Shown here one piece after another: positions 9,381 through 20,268 of a stretch of DNA of 64,000 bases; position 1 is the first letter of the stretch; each line of letters opens with the position of its first letter. The stretch covers positions 128,934 to 192,933 of the forward strand of contig CAZCMP010000002.1 in the NCBI GenBank assembly GCA_964500005.1, given 5' to 3'. The position numbers and the translations under genes were made by a program. The stretch comes from an uncultured Thermococci archaeon. GTDB taxonomy: Archaea > Methanobacteriota_B > Thermococci > Methanofastidiosales > Methanofastidiosaceae. The notes under the pieces were generated by a model that worked only from the letters and a program-made list of their open reading frames with translations, was not told the DNA's origin and ran no database searches.

Positions 9381-11240
9381 TCAACTTTGTATCTTTTTCA
9401 ATATAGCCTCAGGATCCCTAGTATATTCTTTAATTACATTTCCCACGTCTCTATAATTAACTATGTTGTTTTCAGCCATCCAGCCTAATACAAGAGATCT
9501 CCTGTTTATTTCTTCCCATACCTCTTCTTGAGTCATGCCCCTGGATACGGATATTCTCTTCACTATGCTACTCTCTTTTGTATCATAAACAAATTCATCG
9601 GGCCCAGGATCCCATCTGAAAACTGTTTGATAAATAGGCTCTCCTTTTTTTAGATCCATACCAGTTATTTCAATTACTTCTTTTACTCTCCTGATTGCTT
9701 TTCCTTCTATTTTTGCATGGGTTAATAAGAAACAAATGTTTAATGATTGAAGAAGTGCTGGAGAGAGGTTAATGGGCCTAGTTGTAAGTCTATTAATTAG
9801 AGCCTCCATTGAATCGGCATGTATTGTTCCCATACCTGGGTGACCTGTTGCCATACCAGTAAACATGACGTTTGCTTCGGCCCCTCTAATTTCACCAACT
9901 ACTAGATAGTCTGGCCTCTGTCTTAATGCAGCTCTTAATAGGTCAAACATGTCAACTTCCCCCTGTTTCTTCCCCTCAGTATTAGTAGCTGATCCAAATC
10001 CAGATCTAGTAACTGCTGGCAACCAATGCTCTTGCGGAAGATTCAATTCTTGGGTATCTTCAATTGTTACTATCTTTGCTTCAGGAGGTAAAAATATGGC
10101 AAGTGCATTAAGCATAGAAGTCTTACCAGTGGCAGTTCCACCAAAAACAAGCGTTGAGGCGGTGTAGGAGTGCTCAAGTGCCAACCACATATATGCAAAT
10201 ATTCTTGGTGGACAAGACTTGTAGTTTATCAATTGTATTGGGGTCATTGGATCAGTTTTAAATCTTCTGATGGTAAAAGTGGGACCATGTTGTGTTACTT
10301 CTCTGCCAAATGTAGCTTGGACTCTAGAGTTATTTGGTAATCTTCCATCAAGTAGAGGTTCTGCTACTGAAATGTGTCTGTTACATCTCTGCGCCATCTT
10401 AATTATTATACTGTTAGCATCATCATCCGAGCTAAAGAGTATATTTGTAGGAAGGGAACCATATTTTGCATGATAGACATAAATTGGTATTCCAGTTCCA
10501 TCACAACTTATATCTTCTATTAGGGCATCGTGGAAAAAGGGTTCTATTGGTCCAAGCCCAATATAATTTCTTCTTAAATAATACATTATCTTTTCAAAAG
10601 CGTCTGGCTCTAAGCGTAAGTTTAATTCATCGATAATTTCTAAAGTTTTGTTTTCTAGGTAATCAACTAATTCACTCTTTTCTTGGAGGCTTTTAAAATC
10701 TACTTCAAGTTCTTCTTGAATAATTCCTTGGATTGTACTGAGTCTAGTTTTTTCTAGTTCTGAAAGTTCAGGTTCTTCGATTAGATATGTTAATTTAGAT
10801 AATTTTTCGTCCCATTTTATTCTTGCATAAGCATATGGATCTATTAATGGGTATCTTTCATTAAATCCTGTATAATCTTGTGTCCTCCATTTTTGAGGGA
10901 TAATAAGTATATCTTGATCCTTCATTATTACTCTCTTTTCTTCTTCTAATGAAGGAAGCCTCCCCCCTTGTATTGTAACAGGGCCAGATATAACAAAAGT
11001 TGTAGTTCCAGCTGCAGGTGCAACTTCTTTTGGAACTTGATCTATAGAATCAATCTTTATTTTTTCAGAAGTACCCTCTTTTTGTTTTTTTGATTCCCCT
11101 AAGGATACGCCTTCTTTCTTTAAAAAGTCAACTTCACTCTTTTTTTTGAGCTTCTCATAATTTGATTTAGGTTCATTATCTAGTAAAACATCTGATTCTT
11201 TTAATTTTTTTATTAACTTGAGAGCCCCTCTTTTTTTCAT
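9381..11240 (-). CDS. type II/IV secretion (FlaI/TadA/PilB/VirB11-family) assembly ATPase with a ~190-aa Lys/Glu-rich N-terminal extension
   Basis: Walker A GGTATGKTSMLNAL, Walker B DYLVVGEIRGAEA, His box MGTIHADS. Confidence 0.85.
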   Translation of the reverse strand: MKKRGALKLIKKLKESDVLLDNEPKSNYEKLKKKSEVDFLKKEGVSLGESKKQKEGTSEKIKIDSIDQVPKEVAPAAGTTTFVISGPVTIQGGRLPSLEEEKRVIMKDQDILIIPQKWRTQDYTGFNERYPLIDPYAYARIKWDEKLSKLTYLIEEPELSELEKTRLSTIQGIIQEELEVDFKSLQEKSELVDYLENKTLEIIDELNLRLEPDAFEKIMYYLRRNYIGLGPIEPFFHDALIEDISCDGTGIPIYVYHAKYGSLPTNILFSSDDDANSIIIKMAQRCNRHISVAEPLLDGRLPNNSRVQATFGREVTQHGPTFTIRRFKTDPMTPIQLINYKSCPPRIFAYMWLALEHSYTASTLVFGGTATGKTSMLNALAIFLPPEAKIVTIEDTQELNLPQEHWLPAVTRSGFGSATNTEGKKQGEVDMFDLLRAALRQRPDYLVVGEIRGAEANVMFTGMATGHPGMGTIHADSMEALINRLTTRPINLSPALLQSLNICFLLTHAKIEGKAIRRVKEVIEITGMDLKKGEPIYQTVFRWDPGPDEFVYDTKESSIVKRISVSRGMTQEEVWEEINRRSLVLGWMAENNIVNYRDVGNVIKEYTRDPEAILKKIQS

Positions 11241-11313
11241 ATTCTATTCCTCTAATATTTTTTTTTCTATTAATGTATATAAATAATTATCGGTATTGTA
11301 ACATTATATTTAA

Positions 11314-13746
11314 TTATTGATATACTTTAAAGTTATAATATTGGCTAGTTTCTTTTTTTATGCCGTCTATTTCAAATGAGTAAGTGAATAAGACCAAGTA
11401 ATCGCCAGGTCTCCTTACATAATACTGATTTGTTGAAATAATGGTTGTAAACTCCTCTATGTTTACTCTTCCTGATCTTTCCAATATCGGTGCATATTGG
11501 TAATATGGAACTCTTCTTAATAATACTCTATTTACTTCGTCAGGAGAACTTAATTGAGCATTTCCATCATCATGGAATGGTATGATAGATACTATTTCAA
11601 ATCCTACACCGCCAGAGTAGAATATTTGCCCAGGATACAATTTATTACTCCCATCAATAGTGATATACTCTTCTCCTAGGTCAATTATTCCATTTTTATT
11701 TCCATCATACGTTATTCTAATATATTTGCTAAAAGAATTAACTTCAAACTCGCATAAAATGTTTCCAAGCCAACACTTCTGGCCATTAGCAGGATAATAA
11801 ACATCATATTCATAGAAAAATTGATTATCGATTAATGGAAAACTTACAATTATACCTTCTGGAGTAATAAAAGTAGAATTTGTTTCATAAGTATTAGTTG
11901 GTGTTTTAGAGTCTATAATCAATTTCTGGTTAATAGTATCAAAATTGTATTCCCAAGTATTTATTACTTCATATTCATTGTTCCAACCATAAAATAATCT
12001 AGTATACCCTACAGGGAATCTTTTTTTCTCTGATTCCATATCAAAATACCTGAAGATAACATGCCATTTTTCATCATATCCTAGATAGTTTGTACCATCA
12101 AAAATAACAAGATAATTGCCCAGTATTACGGGATCACCAATCTTGAGAACGATATCATTTCCTAATGGCGGGTCTATTGTAACTAGTGTAGCATTGACAT
12201 ATCCTAATGAATTCTTTTTAGGATATACCCTATATAGGCTACCACCAACTCTAAATTCTCCGTAATCGAATTTATATGCTTCAGTTTGAATTAAGTTCTC
12301 ATCTTTATCTATTCTAACGTCAAGCATTCCATTATTTCTTCTTAGAAAACTTACAGTAGGGGGTGTTATGTCACTTACTATGTATTCCTCTCCGCCTAAT
12401 TGAAATTTGAAACCTTCTTCTATTGGATATGCAGAATTACAAATTAGATTTCCCAAAATATCTCTTTCACACCTTTGAATATCAATCAAATTTTCTTCAT
12501 TTCCCTCATATATGCCTATAATTTTATCATTTGTACTGTCAATTTTAACTTTGTATCTTGAATTCTCTGAGTAAAATACTCCATCTTCTCCGATTAATAC
12601 AACTTTTATAATTTCCCATACGTTTAGTTTGCTTCCCAAGCCTTTTGAATTATTAAAATCTTTATCAGAAATGGGCCCCTCTAAGTCATTATGAATCATT
12701 GTAGTAAATACTACTTTATCCCCATTATAAATTAAGGAGTCTTTTAATCCATTTTGTTTTTGGACGTTTAAACTTAATAGTCCATAACGCAAACCAGGAT
12801 CTTCAATTGGATCAAACCATTGTCTTCTTTTTTCAGTTTCTTGCAGGGAGATTTGTATATTCATTATTACATATCTAACGTAATCATCTTTCTGTCCATT
12901 AATTAGATAATTTATCTCATTAATCTTAATTAAATAGGTTCCCAATAGAAATACATCATTTTCATAAAAGATAGATTTTCCATCCAATGTAACTAACTTA
13001 TCTCCAGAATCTCTTATTTGAACGTAGTTCATACTACCGTCATTTCCTATAAAAAAAGAATAGTTGTCGATAAAAGATGCCCTGTTTTCTATGCTATTCA
13101 TTCCCCCATAAGCGATTCTGCTTTCTCCAATAGTATATGCCCTCTCTCTATAAATTATTCTTGAGCCAGAAGAATAATTGGCTTCTCTAAACAAGACTTC
13201 ATTTTGTTCGTTTTTTATGACATAAGGGTTTGAAGAGCTAGGCTCTCCACCGTTCAAAGGCTCAACAATAAAATTACCTATGTCTGATTGCATTTGGTAT
13301 ATTTTTGGATTATCCTGCGTTTTCGTTATTCCAATCAATATTTTTCTATTAAAATTTCCTACTTCAAAAATAGATGGGCCCGTAAATAGTATATTATCAT
13401 CAAAATCAATATTACTTGACTTAACTACTTCATTTCCAACATCAAGTTGGGATAAGTAATAATTAAGTTCTTTTTCTTCTATTTCATAATGGGCAGAATA
13501 AATACTAGAAAATGCTCTATGAGGAGTAGTTAAATCTCCTGTAGCATAAATATTTTCTAAAGAATTTCTAGAAGTTTGTCTTATTGAGCTTTCAATATAA
13601 CTTGCAATGTAAGGTATATCTGAGAATGGGACGTCCTCTAAAGTTTGAGATATTTGCCTCGATGACATCAAGGAATACTGTATCACAAAAAGTGAGAACA
13701 CTACTAAAACTGCTGCAAAGATGAAAAATTGGGATTTATTGTTCAT
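11314..13746 (-). CDS. secreted/surface protein (810 aa) with putative class III (prepilin-like) signal peptide
   Basis: N-terminus MNNKS|QFFIFAAVLVVFSLFVIQ fits the pattern K-S followed by Q then a ~20-aa hydrophobic helix. It is Asn/Tyr/Gly-rich and its start overlaps the upstream gene by 4 nt (ATGA). Confidence 0.5.
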   Translation of the reverse strand: MNNKSQFFIFAAVLVVFSLFVIQYSLMSSRQISQTLEDVPFSDIPYIASYIESSIRQTSRNSLENIYATGDLTTPHRAFSSIYSAHYEIEEKELNYYLSQLDVGNEVVKSSNIDFDDNILFTGPSIFEVGNFNRKILIGITKTQDNPKIYQMQSDIGNFIVEPLNGGEPSSSNPYVIKNEQNEVLFREANYSSGSRIIYRERAYTIGESRIAYGGMNSIENRASFIDNYSFFIGNDGSMNYVQIRDSGDKLVTLDGKSIFYENDVFLLGTYLIKINEINYLINGQKDDYVRYVIMNIQISLQETEKRRQWFDPIEDPGLRYGLLSLNVQKQNGLKDSLIYNGDKVVFTTMIHNDLEGPISDKDFNNSKGLGSKLNVWEIIKVVLIGEDGVFYSENSRYKVKIDSTNDKIIGIYEGNEENLIDIQRCERDILGNLICNSAYPIEEGFKFQLGGEEYIVSDITPPTVSFLRRNNGMLDVRIDKDENLIQTEAYKFDYGEFRVGGSLYRVYPKKNSLGYVNATLVTIDPPLGNDIVLKIGDPVILGNYLVIFDGTNYLGYDEKWHVIFRYFDMESEKKRFPVGYTRLFYGWNNEYEVINTWEYNFDTINQKLIIDSKTPTNTYETNSTFITPEGIIVSFPLIDNQFFYEYDVYYPANGQKCWLGNILCEFEVNSFSKYIRITYDGNKNGIIDLGEEYITIDGSNKLYPGQIFYSGGVGFEIVSIIPFHDDGNAQLSSPDEVNRVLLRRVPYYQYAPILERSGRVNIEEFTTIISTNQYYVRRPGDYLVLFTYSFEIDGIKKETSQYYNFKVYQ

Positions 13747-14903
13747 AACTTTTTCCTCCCCATTGCCAAAGAAACATAATACGCTTTTGTTCCTGTGGTA
13801 TCTGATATCGAAACTATTCTCTTTGAAGATACGGAAGTTTCATAGTAACCTGGGCTTTCTATATTAATTATATTATTCCTAAATGGTATAATATTAATCA
13901 CTAAATGACCATTTATTCCATCAAAAGAAATCAAACTAATTCTTCCTTTATATCCAAGTCCTTTTTGTCCTTGTAAGAAAAATACCCAAGTATCCTCAGT
14001 TAAATCTTCTAAATATGTTGCATAGATTAAAGGCTCGCTTATTTTTCTTTCAACTTTTAATTTATCTAGATTTCCATTTTCACTTAATTCGAATCTGAAA
14101 TATTGGTCAAAAATAGGAACAATCTTAGTACTTTCATCAAAGTTTATTGAGATTGTTTCATCTATAAGGGCTAAAGAGATAGAATTGCCATCCTTTGAAA
14201 TGTTTGAAATTTGATATGTAAAGTAGTAAGTAACTCCTTCCACACTAGTTTTAAATTCAATTGTGTCCCCTAACCTAAAAGGAGTTGAGCTAGAAAGTTT
14301 AGTTGATGAAGAGGTAAAATCAATTCCTTCCATATTAAAATAAACAGTATCATAACCAGATACTTCATCAATTATATCTACAATCAAAATAGCATATACA
14401 GTAATTGGATTTCCATTTGGTAAAACAAAAATATATTCTCCTGGCCAACCTTCTTCTGATTGATGGTATTTCCATACCATGGAACTATTTTGGACGGTAT
14501 CTCCTACAACGTACCCATTCGATAGATTTTGTCCATCTTTAACTCCTTCACCAAAAGTTTCTATAAATATTTCATTTTCAAGAGAATAGATGTCAAATTT
14601 ATAAGCGTAACCTGGGGGTATAAGAGAATCTAATTTAATCTTAATATTTTCATCTGAAGGATTATTAATAAATTGACTTATTAAATTATTATTACTATCT
14701 TGGCCTTTCTCGATTACGACTAAGATATCTTCGGCCGTATTTTTAGCATTCAATACTTCCCAAGAAGGATTAACAGAATAGGTTGCACCAGGCGAAGTTA
14801 AAATAAAGGAAATCCCAATTATCATAATGACAGCGGCGATTATTGCTTCAAATGTTCTCATTACTCCTTTGTTGTTTAAGAACATAACTTCTTTCCCCCC
14901 CAC
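13743..14903 (-). CDS. pilin-like protein (386 aa) with putative class III signal peptide
   Basis: N-terminus ...NNKG|VMRTFEAIIAAVIMIIGISFIL with Glu at +6 after Gly. It overlaps the upstream gene by 28 nt. Confidence 0.5.
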   Translation of the reverse strand: MGGKEVMFLNNKGVMRTFEAIIAAVIMIIGISFILTSPGATYSVNPSWEVLNAKNTAEDILVVIEKGQDSNNNLISQFINNPSDENIKIKLDSLIPPGYAYKFDIYSLENEIFIETFGEGVKDGQNLSNGYVVGDTVQNSSMVWKYHQSEEGWPGEYIFVLPNGNPITVYAILIVDIIDEVSGYDTVYFNMEGIDFTSSSTKLSSSTPFRLGDTIEFKTSVEGVTYYFTYQISNISKDGNSISLALIDETISINFDESTKIVPIFDQYFRFELSENGNLDKLKVERKISEPLIYATYLEDLTEDTWVFFLQGQKGLGYKGRISLISFDGINGHLVINIIPFRNNIINIESPGYYETSVSSKRIVSISDTTGTKAYYVSLAMGRKKL

Positions 14904-15802
14904 ATGATAAGGACAATTCTTTTTTCTGTTAAATTACCAAATTCTTCTACTAAAGCCACTCTAGAAATAACTAACACTATATCTGAATAACTTCTTCTTG
15001 CACCAATTATTTTGTCTGCGGAGTCAATATTCAAAATTTCGGCGCCTTGTCCTGATTTATAAATGTCCGTGACAATATATTTTTTAGATTCTAAACTAAA
15101 GTTTTGGTCTTTAATGAATCCAGACCTATTAATTCCACCAGCTATTCCATAAAAACCCCTATCAACTTCATCTTGAAAATCTCTATTTTGATTTACATCA
15201 ATAAAAAGCCGATCATATTCTCCATCCTTATTTTCGTCTGCAATCAAAAATTCATATGGTTTGTCTGAGATATACACCTTATCTGTATTGAAAAATAGTT
15301 TATCTGCAACAGAATATCCGTCTGGCAAAGAATAATTAAAATCGTCAAGGTCTGACTGGTTTATAATAGCAATTGTGGGCACCAGTATGTATGTGGATGA
15401 AATCATTATCTGTAAATCATAAATTGAAGATTTAGCGTTATAATCAATTAATCCTAATTTATTTAGTAATACAATATAGCTATTCTCAGAATTATTCAGA
15501 GGGCATACTGGATACATGTATGTATCCTCCCTTGATGCAAAATCTACTAGTTTATCATAAGATACAATATGATCTCTAGAAACTATACCATAAGTAGGGT
15601 CTGATATGATTTTTTCAATTGAAGAGAAGGCAGTAAGGTGAACATCTACATATTCACTAGTTTCAATTACGGGATTAATTGAATTGGCGGCTACATAAAC
15701 TACATATAGAAAAGCGATAGTAAAAATACCCAATGCTATGATGTTATCTATTATATCTTGCCCTTTTCTTTGGCGCTTAAACTTAATTAAAATTTCAATC
15801 AT
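14876..15802 (-). CDS. pilin-like protein (308 aa) with putative class III signal peptide
   Basis: N-terminus MIEILIKFKRQRKG|QDIIDNIIALGIFTIAFLYVV is a textbook archaeal prepilin-type (KGQ + hydrophobic) signal. Confidence 0.55.
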   Translation of the reverse strand: MIEILIKFKRQRKGQDIIDNIIALGIFTIAFLYVVYVAANSINPVIETSEYVDVHLTAFSSIEKIISDPTYGIVSRDHIVSYDKLVDFASREDTYMYPVCPLNNSENSYIVLLNKLGLIDYNAKSSIYDLQIMISSTYILVPTIAIINQSDLDDFNYSLPDGYSVADKLFFNTDKVYISDKPYEFLIADENKDGEYDRLFIDVNQNRDFQDEVDRGFYGIAGGINRSGFIKDQNFSLESKKYIVTDIYKSGQGAEILNIDSADKIIGARRSYSDIVLVISRVALVEEFGNLTEKRIVLIMWGGKKLCS

Positions 15803-15804
15803 AA

Positions 15805-18800
15805 TTACCCCACAGATGGGTTTGGAGTCAAATATGCTCCATAGCTAGTGATAACTACATATTTATTTTTTGAAGTACTTGAGATTGTTCCATAAATATT
15901 TATTCCCCTAGTCTCTCTTAGGTACTCAATTTGTGGATTATTTGGGTCATATATTCTCAATTTATTGCCTAATCCTTCAATTATATAATCTCTACTGCCT
16001 ATTTTATTAGGAATATCCAAACTTATCCATATGCCTTCTTCGATCTGAATATTTTTTGTGGGCGCAGAAGTATATGCCATTATATTATTAAAAAGTTTGA
16101 TGATTCCTCTGTCATAAAAAGTTAGTAAATATTTATTGTTTAGTATGTCTCCATATATAGACTCTAAAGCAAAAGTATGTTCAACTCTCCTTCCTTCATA
16201 AGTGTCAATATCAAGCTGAATAAGTTCTTTTGTATAGAGGGCTCTTTCATCATTAATATCATTATTTTTATTTGTATCTATTTTAATCCAAGAATCAGTG
16301 AAATATGAGCTGAAAATATTCTGGTATGATGGCGATCCAAGTCTAAAGTCGGATAAGAAAACAAATTGATCGTTATAAGGATCTGTATCTCCTTTGAAAT
16401 CTATAGCTTCGACTTCAGACATCTTGTACGTGCTTGGATTTAGATTAGTTAGTGTGTTTGCAGTTCCATGTAAATCATGTCTATTAAAACTCCACCTAGT
16501 ATAATTACTGGCTGCATCGAGAGAAATTAATCTTCCGTCAAAAGTCATAAAAACTATTTCTGATTTCCCATCGTTATCTATATCATCAACTACTACTGCA
16601 GAGCGTATTGGACTTTGAGGATTTGTTGTATATTGCCAATTGTTAACAATGGCATTTTGGCTTGCCTGATCAGTATCCCTATATGAATGACAATATAAAA
16701 TGCCGTTTTCATTTCCTAGTAAGATATCGGAAAAAAACGAGTCATTGTCTCTGCTATAAGTAGTATAATTATTTATTTCTACTATTACTGGAGTTGCGTA
16801 AGAGTGATTGATTCTATCAATTCCTTGCCAGCCCCCATTAATCGCCTCATCTTGGACTATATGCGTTCCATCTAAATGTGCCACTTTAATGTTTGAGCCT
16901 ACGGGAACAAATACTTGAGGGCCTCTGTGTGATTGACCGTTAGGTGAATGTATAACGGGGCTCCCCCCAATGGTCTCATTAGACCTAGAATTTATTCTAG
17001 CACCGTTTGCATTTGTAAATTGATTTCTATAAATTATAGATCCATTACTTCCGTCAAGCATTACCGTAAATATTCTATTATTATTATCAGTTCCAGTATG
17101 GACATTTGATATTATTATGTCATCATAATCATTTTTATAATTTGTTTGTGCGATAGCCGGAGATGAGCATATATAAGATAAAGGATTTTGAGATGTTGTT
17201 ATACGATTTGGAAAGCCTAAACTTCTAGTCCATAATGGAATTAAAGAATAGTTTCCTCCTACGTCTCTAGTTCCTCTATATGCCCTAACATTTCCATCAA
17301 TTGCACCCCATACAATGTCTAGTTCGCCATCACCTTTTATGCCCATATTTCCATTGCCGTTAAAATGCCCTACTGCCGGTGAAGAGGTCGGAATCATGAA
17401 CTCTACAACGTTAGAGACCACTCTCCCAAAGAAACGGGGATCATAAGTTTGTGATGTTGATTGTTTTAATAATAAAGAGTTATTTATTCCACTATACACA
17501 TATAGTGTGTTGGTAATAGTTGGATTACTTGTAAATACTTTAGTAGTAGTAACATAGCTTAGATTTTCAATTCTTGTATCTACTAGAATAATATCTTCAT
17601 ATCCGTCTTTGTTAATATCTGCTAAAATTGGAGAAGACATTAACGCTCCATCTATTGGTAAACTTCCTAATAAGTCGCCATTCATACCATCTAAAATAGA
17701 AACTGCTGATGGTAAAGTATTAACTGTCATTATTTTATTATTGTAATTGAAAACTGACCGTATATTCGCTCCGCCAATAATCACTTCCAACGAATTGTCA
17801 TGATTTATATCTCCAATTGCTGGAGATCCAGAAATGCCTGCATAATTATAATAGATATCTCCATCCCTAGTGGGGTTATTTAAAGTAAAAAGTGATTTTT
17901 TCCAGATTATACTTGGTAAGGAGCTATCGCCCCTTATTACTGTTACATTTCCATCCCTTAGTCCAACAACAATATCAATTACGCCGTTACCGTCAACATC
18001 GGCACTAGAAGGAGATGAAACATTCATGAAAATAGGATAACTATCTCTGTTAATAATATAGCTATTATCAAACTTAGTTTCTTTGAAAGCATATTGATTG
18101 TCTAATTGAATCGACCATTTTTGACTATGAGAATCATCTCTAGTCCTATAACTCGGTATTATCGCTTTTTTTCCATTTTCTTCTATATCAAAATAGATAT
18201 AATAATATCTAGTTTGGCCAGGATAAGTTTGAGAATAGGTTATGCCTTGAGTTTCTTCAGTAGCCCCCATAACAAAATAAACGTGAAATGGTGGGTATTC
18301 TTGCCAGAACAACAAATCAGGAGCAGGAGATCTTCTTTCATAGAGCCTAAAAATAACATTCTGATACCATGTTAAAGTTCCATCATCAGGAACATCCATT
18401 TTTAACCTTATTTTATTCTGACCTTTATAAAAATATTTTTGAGGCAATACAACACTATACCCATCAGGGCCATCGTTTGGCCCGCCATCATATGGGTCCC
18501 AATAACCAGGCATATTTGTTGGATTGGAAGCAGGAGGCAAATGCACTAGCAATTCCTTAACTGGAATATCGTTAATAGTAATATTAAAATCGGTGTTAAT
18601 TCCTGGGGATGGTTCATCTTTATGTTGAGCTCCTGTTGGTATTTCCATTTCGAGCCTTATGTCCTTAGGATCATTTAATTCAAAAAAAATTGTGTGCTCG
18701 TGAAACTCTTTTGGAACTGCTCTATAGCCTGCCTCTTCAAGATTGGGCCTAAATGGGTAACTTTGACTTGGTATTTCCACAAGGTTATTACAGTCCCCGC

Positions 18801-20259
18801 CTATCAGTTCAACTACTCGGATAGAATCAAAATCAATAGTGGTAGTTTCAAGATTAAGGAATCCTTGATTGGCTAATTTATTAATTTCATCTGTTGGGTC
18901 AATTATTACTTTAATTGGCTCATTTATGTGGGTAATACTGCCTGAATTTACTGCTACAATTTTTCTAAAATGCCAATCTTCTCCACTGCCTAGACTAGTT
19001 GGATCCCACCAAGGGCAGACCGTTGTATTACAGTCTATTAAAGCTTTAACGTCTATTGGGATTGTAGTAGCAATTATTTTACCTGCACCCCAATTTGATA
19101 TAATTAATGAAGGATTACTATTATCTTTATTCCCAAATGGTGTTTCTCGAATTAGAATATCGGCGTTTGGACCATCAAAATATGGTTCTAAAATGGTCGC
19201 TTCAGCAGAATAATAACTACCTGCGATCTCATAAGGTAAAAGATTTGATGTTATATTATGTTGTTTTGATACGCCAATTGTATCATAGTTTCCTTTATCA
19301 AAAATTACACTTATTGGTAAAAAATCATATTTTGTTTTTTGATCATTATATTGGGATAAAAGAATTATTGAGCCTCCATCTTTAACATAGTCGCTTAAAA
19401 CTTGTTTATTTTTGAAATCACTTAATGAGTCTAACATAGTGGAATTAGACGGTATAAGGATATTTGTACAATATCCTATATATCTATCATCAATTCCATA
19501 TGAATCTGAATTTAGTATATAGTAATTAAAAGGATATACGGAATATGTGTTATTTCTACTATCAAAGTATTGGCTCCAATCTTTTTTAGGGTATTCAAGT
19601 AAAAAACAACTCTTTGCTAGAGATTCTGGAGGATGGCCTGCATCACCTATTACTGCTGATTTAAAAGTTGGGGTTAAGTAGACTATATAATCTTGAGTAT
19701 TTTCTGCTGGCTGTTTATCCATCTTGAAGAATTGAAAATCTCCAATAATATTCTTATCTCTAAGTGTTGAATTAGTAGGGTTAGAGTATATGTTGTATGC
19801 TCCATCAATATAAAATCTACTATTGGCGGCGACATTATGTTTTTCGGCGCCTTCTGGGCTTAAAATTAAATCGCCATTTTGATTTTTAGGGTATACCCTA
19901 ATATAATTCCAATCAGTATCATGCTCTACTTTGAATAATTCATTTTCACCAACAAAATAAGTATTGTCGTTCAAATTAATTTGTTTTAAAGGAATTACTA
20001 TATTTGTTTCAACTAGTGTCCTTTCAATCCATGCTATCTCGTTGTAAGCAACGACATTTTCTATATAAGAGGCAATATTCTCAAAACTTTTTTTGTCTAT
20101 TTCGTCAGAAAAGCTTTTAGAAAAAGTTTGGGAAGTCCTCCAAAAGAATACCATTGCTAGAAGAAGTATTGCTATGAGCATTATGGCCATTACTACGTGC
20201 ATCTGAGATTTTTTGTTTTTAATAAAATTATTATATCGCATTTCATGATTATTTTCCAT
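15805..20259 (-). CDS. giant (1484 aa) surface protein with class III-like signal peptide and FG-GAP/VCBS beta-propeller repeats
   Basis: N-terminus ...NKKS|QMHVVMAIMLIAILLLAMVFFW. Repeated Dx[DN]xDGxx[DE] calcium-binding-like motifs (DVDGNGVIDIVVG, GDINHDNSLEVIIGG, ADINKDGYEDIIL, DDIDNDGKSEIVFM). Confidence 0.6.
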   Translation of the reverse strand: MENNHEMRYNNFIKNKKSQMHVVMAIMLIAILLLAMVFFWRTSQTFSKSFSDEIDKKSFENIASYIENVVAYNEIAWIERTLVETNIVIPLKQINLNDNTYFVGENELFKVEHDTDWNYIRVYPKNQNGDLILSPEGAEKHNVAANSRFYIDGAYNIYSNPTNSTLRDKNIIGDFQFFKMDKQPAENTQDYIVYLTPTFKSAVIGDAGHPPESLAKSCFLLEYPKKDWSQYFDSRNNTYSVYPFNYYILNSDSYGIDDRYIGYCTNILIPSNSTMLDSLSDFKNKQVLSDYVKDGGSIILLSQYNDQKTKYDFLPISVIFDKGNYDTIGVSKQHNITSNLLPYEIAGSYYSAEATILEPYFDGPNADILIRETPFGNKDNSNPSLIISNWGAGKIIATTIPIDVKALIDCNTTVCPWWDPTSLGSGEDWHFRKIVAVNSGSITHINEPIKVIIDPTDEINKLANQGFLNLETTTIDFDSIRVVELIGGDCNNLVEIPSQSYPFRPNLEEAGYRAVPKEFHEHTIFFELNDPKDIRLEMEIPTGAQHKDEPSPGINTDFNITINDIPVKELLVHLPPASNPTNMPGYWDPYDGGPNDGPDGYSVVLPQKYFYKGQNKIRLKMDVPDDGTLTWYQNVIFRLYERRSPAPDLLFWQEYPPFHVYFVMGATEETQGITYSQTYPGQTRYYYIYFDIEENGKKAIIPSYRTRDDSHSQKWSIQLDNQYAFKETKFDNSYIINRDSYPIFMNVSSPSSADVDGNGVIDIVVGLRDGNVTVIRGDSSLPSIIWKKSLFTLNNPTRDGDIYYNYAGISGSPAIGDINHDNSLEVIIGGANIRSVFNYNNKIMTVNTLPSAVSILDGMNGDLLGSLPIDGALMSSPILADINKDGYEDIILVDTRIENLSYVTTTKVFTSNPTITNTLYVYSGINNSLLLKQSTSQTYDPRFFGRVVSNVVEFMIPTSSPAVGHFNGNGNMGIKGDGELDIVWGAIDGNVRAYRGTRDVGGNYSLIPLWTRSLGFPNRITTSQNPLSYICSSPAIAQTNYKNDYDDIIISNVHTGTDNNNRIFTVMLDGSNGSIIYRNQFTNANGARINSRSNETIGGSPVIHSPNGQSHRGPQVFVPVGSNIKVAHLDGTHIVQDEAINGGWQGIDRINHSYATPVIVEINNYTTYSRDNDSFFSDILLGNENGILYCHSYRDTDQASQNAIVNNWQYTTNPQSPIRSAVVVDDIDNDGKSEIVFMTFDGRLISLDAASNYTRWSFNRHDLHGTANTLTNLNPSTYKMSEVEAIDFKGDTDPYNDQFVFLSDFRLGSPSYQNIFSSYFTDSWIKIDTNKNNDINDERALYTKELIQLDIDTYEGRRVEHTFALESIYGDILNNKYLLTFYDRGIIKLFNNIMAYTSAPTKNIQIEEGIWISLDIPNKIGSRDYIIEGLGNKLRIYDPNNPQIEYLRETRGINIYGTISSTSKNKYVVITSYGAYLTPNPSVG

Positions 20260-20268
20260 GTGAACATC

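Noticed and set aside
18106-19385. Plus-strand ORFs (60-114 aa) inside the 1484-aa minus-strand gene
   Set aside because: Antisense to a long, well-supported ORF. Low-complexity translations typical of AT-rich antisense frames; no motifs.
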